A DNA stretch of 64,000 nt from Felis catus (lineage: Eukaryota). Location of the stretch: positions 208,198,001 to 208,262,000 of the forward strand of contig NC_058368.1 of the NCBI RefSeq assembly GCF_018350175.1, read 5' to 3'. A program made the position numbers and the translations under genes. The number at the start of each line of letters is the position of its first letter. Position 1 is the stretch's first letter. The notes under the pieces are model-generated. The model had not been told where the DNA came from. It did not search any database and saw nothing but the letters and a program-made list of their open reading frames with translations. This document shows, piece after piece, positions 60,816-64,000 of the stretch.

Positions 60816-60959
60816 CTGAACACCAGGGCTCCATCTCGAAGGCCCAAGGAAATGAAGTCACTGTTGGGCCTCATGGGGCTGTCTCCCCTCCACAACAACA
60901 GGCCATCTTTGGCAGTTGTCTTAAACCTCATGAATGCATTTGTTCTTGATCCTGATACC
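60816..60959 (-). CDS. EGFLAM: EGFLAM (pikachurin) 4th-from-last coding exon (144 nt), laminin-G domain
   Basis: Minus strand ttccccag|G GTA TCA GGA...TTC AG|gtaac; [49 protein letters not shown]. Confidence 0.96.
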
Positions 60960-61879
60960 CTGGGGGAAAAAGACAAATAATTGCAACAAACCAACCAGTG
61001 TCCATCGACATCCATTCTGCATAATCCCCGTGTTGGCCACCAGCCCCAAGAAGCCAGGAATGAGGGTCATCTGGCCTTCCCGATACTTACTACCAGGAAA
61101 TTAAAAATGGCATCATCGCCACGAGTCACAGTATGGGTCTAAAATGCTGGACTTCTCATTCTGCAGCAGTGTCCCCTCCCCACATGTGGTGAAACTCCAC
61201 GAGGGAGTGCTTGATGAGTCACAGAGTAGCCAGAGTCTGGCCAATGCCAGCATCAAAGATGCACCACCCCCTATACACACCTAGGTCTTTCCTCTTTCTT
61301 GTCCCACCTTCATGGGGCCTTGGAAAAGCGCTCCTTATTCCCCAACAGAGAGTGAGTTTCTTAATTGCCAAGGGGTTCAAGTCAGCAGCCCTCTGGGCTA
61401 TGATCATGGCCATCGATGGCTTGCTCTGGCAGGGACTGTCCTTTAGGGCAGAACGGGAGGCAGAGGAGTGCCAGTCAAGGAAGGTGGCTTGATTGGATAA
61501 TGATCTTGAGAGCTATTGGGGCAGCAGCAGGGTGGGGAGGAAGAGGAAGCTGAGAGGAATGGAGGGATGCTCAGGCAGGTCAGCTCCCTGCCCCTACAGC
61601 CATGGCTGGGCATATCATCACAGGCTTATGTGTTCTTATCAATTCTTGGAAATAGACCAGTTCAGAAATCTAGTCTCACTAAAGTGACCAGGGTTTTATC
61701 TAATAAAAGGAGAAGAGCGAGCATGAGGTCCTTACATCAAAGTGAGATCAAAGTAAACATAATTTAGCATTGCTCCTCATATGGCACTACTGGGAAAGTC
61801 TCTTTTTCTATTTTCCTATCGCTCATGCCACCCTTCTGTCTCACGTACCTGGTCAGGAGCTGTAGAATATATGTTAGTG

Positions 61880-62353
61880 CAGATCTTTCTCAACTTACTA
61901 TGGGGTTATACCCTGATAAACCCATCATAAATTGAAAATACCCTAAGTCAAAAATGCATTTAATACACCTAACCTACCAAACATCATAGCGTACCTTAAA
62001 CGTGCTCAGAGCACTTACATTAGCCCACAGGAGAGCAGAATCATCCAAAACAAACCTTAACGTAAAGTGTTGAGTGTCTCGTGTAACTTACTGAATACCA
62101 TACTGAAAGTGAGAAACACAATAGTTGTATGGAAACAGAATGGTTGTAAGTGCTTTTGTGGTTCACCCTCCTGATGGCGTGGCTGAATGGGAGCTGCGGC
62201 CACTGCCCTGCACTATGAGAGAGGATCGTATCACACATCGTAGCCTGGGAGAAGATAAAAACTCAAAATTCAAAGTATAGTTTCTCCTGAATGCACATTA
62301 CTTTTGCACCACTGTAAAGTTGAAAAATCATTCAGTCAAACCATCTTATCTGC
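61880..62353. mobile_element. TcMar-Tigger (MER47/Tigger5-like) element
   Basis: cagatctttctcaacttactatggggttataccctgataaacccatcataaattgaaaata ... aaaccatcttatctg. Confidence 0.8.
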
Positions 62354-62599
62354 AGTGAACAGGGGAGGGGACTTTTGTCTAGGTTTTCCAAGAGCCCGAC
62401 CTACATAGAAAGAGATCAAGTTTACTGTCCCCATAGAGCGCATTAGAGTGAAGCAGTGAGAAGCAGGGTCCATAATGGGGACTTTGCCACCAGGCCGGGT
62501 GCAGAGAATCCAGCCCTGGCCTACTCACTAGAGATCTGCTTTTTTCCATCTTTTATTCCAAGTTCCTTACTTCTTTTACTTGCTCTGGATACATTGACT

Positions 62600-63275
62600 A
62601 GTATAAGCTGATCATTAATGGCTCCACTTCTCTTGCAGTGATTGGTTTAGGGGTGGCCATGTGACCAATATTGTCCAATGAGATAGAGGAAATTTATCAG
62701 GAGGATTCTAGGAAAGATTCTTTTCCTTTTAAAAAGAGTCAGATGTTGGGGTGCCTGGGTGGCTCAGCTGATGAAGCATCTGACTTCGGCTCAGGTCATG
62801 ATCTCATGGTTCATGAGTTCGAGGCCCACGCTGGGCTCTGTGCTGACAGCTCAGAGCCTGGGGCCTGCTTTGGATTCTGTGTCTCCCTCTCTCTCCACCC
62901 CTCCCCTACTCGAGCTCTGTCTCTCTCTCTCAATAATAAACATTAAAAAATAAAAACAAAAAAGGCACATGAAAAAAAAATGTTTACTTCCACTGGATAT
63001 TGCCCTGATTTATAGCCATCTTATGAGCATCTTATGGACAGCTGTCTTATAACCATGAAGGGCGGGGCCGTTGGGGAACTCGTTGAGGATAACAGGGCAG
63101 GAAGATGGAAGAGACTTACTCTTTGATGATGCAGTTGAATCGCTGACTTAACCAACCCCGGAACCAGTCTAAGTCTGGACCGCTTGTTATGTGATGTGAT
63201 AAATGCCCTTCATTTTTCAGACATTTTGAGCTGAGTCTTCTGTTACTTGCAGCCAAAGGCATCTGACTGAAACAG
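62600..63275 (+). mobile_element. Old ERVL/MaLR-type LTR interrupted by a CAN-SINE
   Basis: gattggtttaggggtggccatgtgacc...ccaatgag; 3' end ctgttacttgcagccaaaggcatctgactgaaaca. Confidence 0.65.
62748..62962 (+). mobile_element. CAN-SINE
   Basis: ggggtgcctgggtggctcag ... caataataaacattaaaaaa. Confidence 0.9.
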
Positions 63276-64000
63276 ACCCTGGTCTTGACTTCCACTTGCA
63301 GCTTCACACACATCGCATATACATGCGTGTACACGCAATTGCTTTGGTTTGGGGCCCTGCACCTCCTCCTCTCACCAAACCCCTCTACTCCCCCAAACCA
63401 CCCGGTGCCTCTTACTAAGCACCAGGGTGCTCAAGACTTGGGCCCTCTTCACACTGCCTTGTTTTCTGGGGACTGAATGCCCTTCCGTTTTGGGGGGAGA
63501 AAGTGCTAAAGAAGGAAGAAGCTCTCTCTCGGCTGGGAATCCATATTTCCTAAGGCCCCATGCAAGGACAACCTAGATAAATACAACCTGGAATTAAAGA
63601 AATGAAGCAATGCCTGCCTGGTGTGTGTTTCGAGTTACCAGGGACATCCAATGCCACAAGAAAAGGTCTCGTTACTACTTCTGTCCCTTAAAAGCCCCCA
63701 GACTCCACCCTAAGAACTGGGTGCCTTTGGCTTAAAGCTTTGCCTTAGTCTGTTAAGACACAGTCAACCTGAAGATGAAGGAAAATTCTAGAATGATGGT
63801 GTTGGTGGCAGGGTTGGGGGGGGGTGGCACCCTATAAACTACAAAGAACCAGAGGAGGAAAAAGGAGAGAAGGGCAAACCAAAAGCACCAAAGATGCGTC
63901 TCACAAGGGCGAAGACTTGGCCTGGGCCAGCCTTTCCCTTGTCCTGTAAACATGCTCCAAACCAGGAGAATTGGACTGCAGACCAGTGCTGGAGCTCCTG

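Noticed and set aside
60960..64000. A further upstream EGFLAM exon
   Set aside because: Could not find the expected preceding coding sequence on the minus strand; region is mostly repeats and the exon probably lies beyond the window

Overview
Mammalian genomic DNA, almost certainly a felid: the young SINEs match the cat-type CAN-SINE/SINEC_Fc pattern. Two genes converge tail to tail. On the + strand lie the last 14 exons of LIFR (leukaemia inhibitory factor receptor; equivalent to human exons 7-20, 1489-31292). All have GT-AG junctions and splice into one uninterrupted frame: Ig-like domain, second cytokine-binding module with WSKWS, three FNIII repeats, TM helix, Box1 and the YXXQ tail. A ~6.6 kb 3' UTR follows, ending near 37.9 kb. 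On the - strand lie the last four coding exons of EGFLAM (pikachurin; C-terminal laminin-G domain, 60959 down to the stop at 48818). The rest is intron and intergenic DNA rich in CAN-SINEs (several with clean TSDs, two nested), L2/MIR/L1/HAL1 remnants, MaLR LTRs and MER/Tigger DNA transposons, plus a near full-length U2 snRNA retro-pseudogene in a LIFR intron. I see no new protein-coding system. The best leads are RNA-processing hypotheses: SINE- or intron-derived soluble/decoy LIFR isoforms, inverted SINE pairs able to form dsRNA or circRNA, a distal 3' UTR miRNA module, and a composite CTCF/ARE element between the two genes. Exon numbers follow human LIFR as recalled. Repeat subfamily names come from recalled consensus similarity, and repeat boundaries are approximate.
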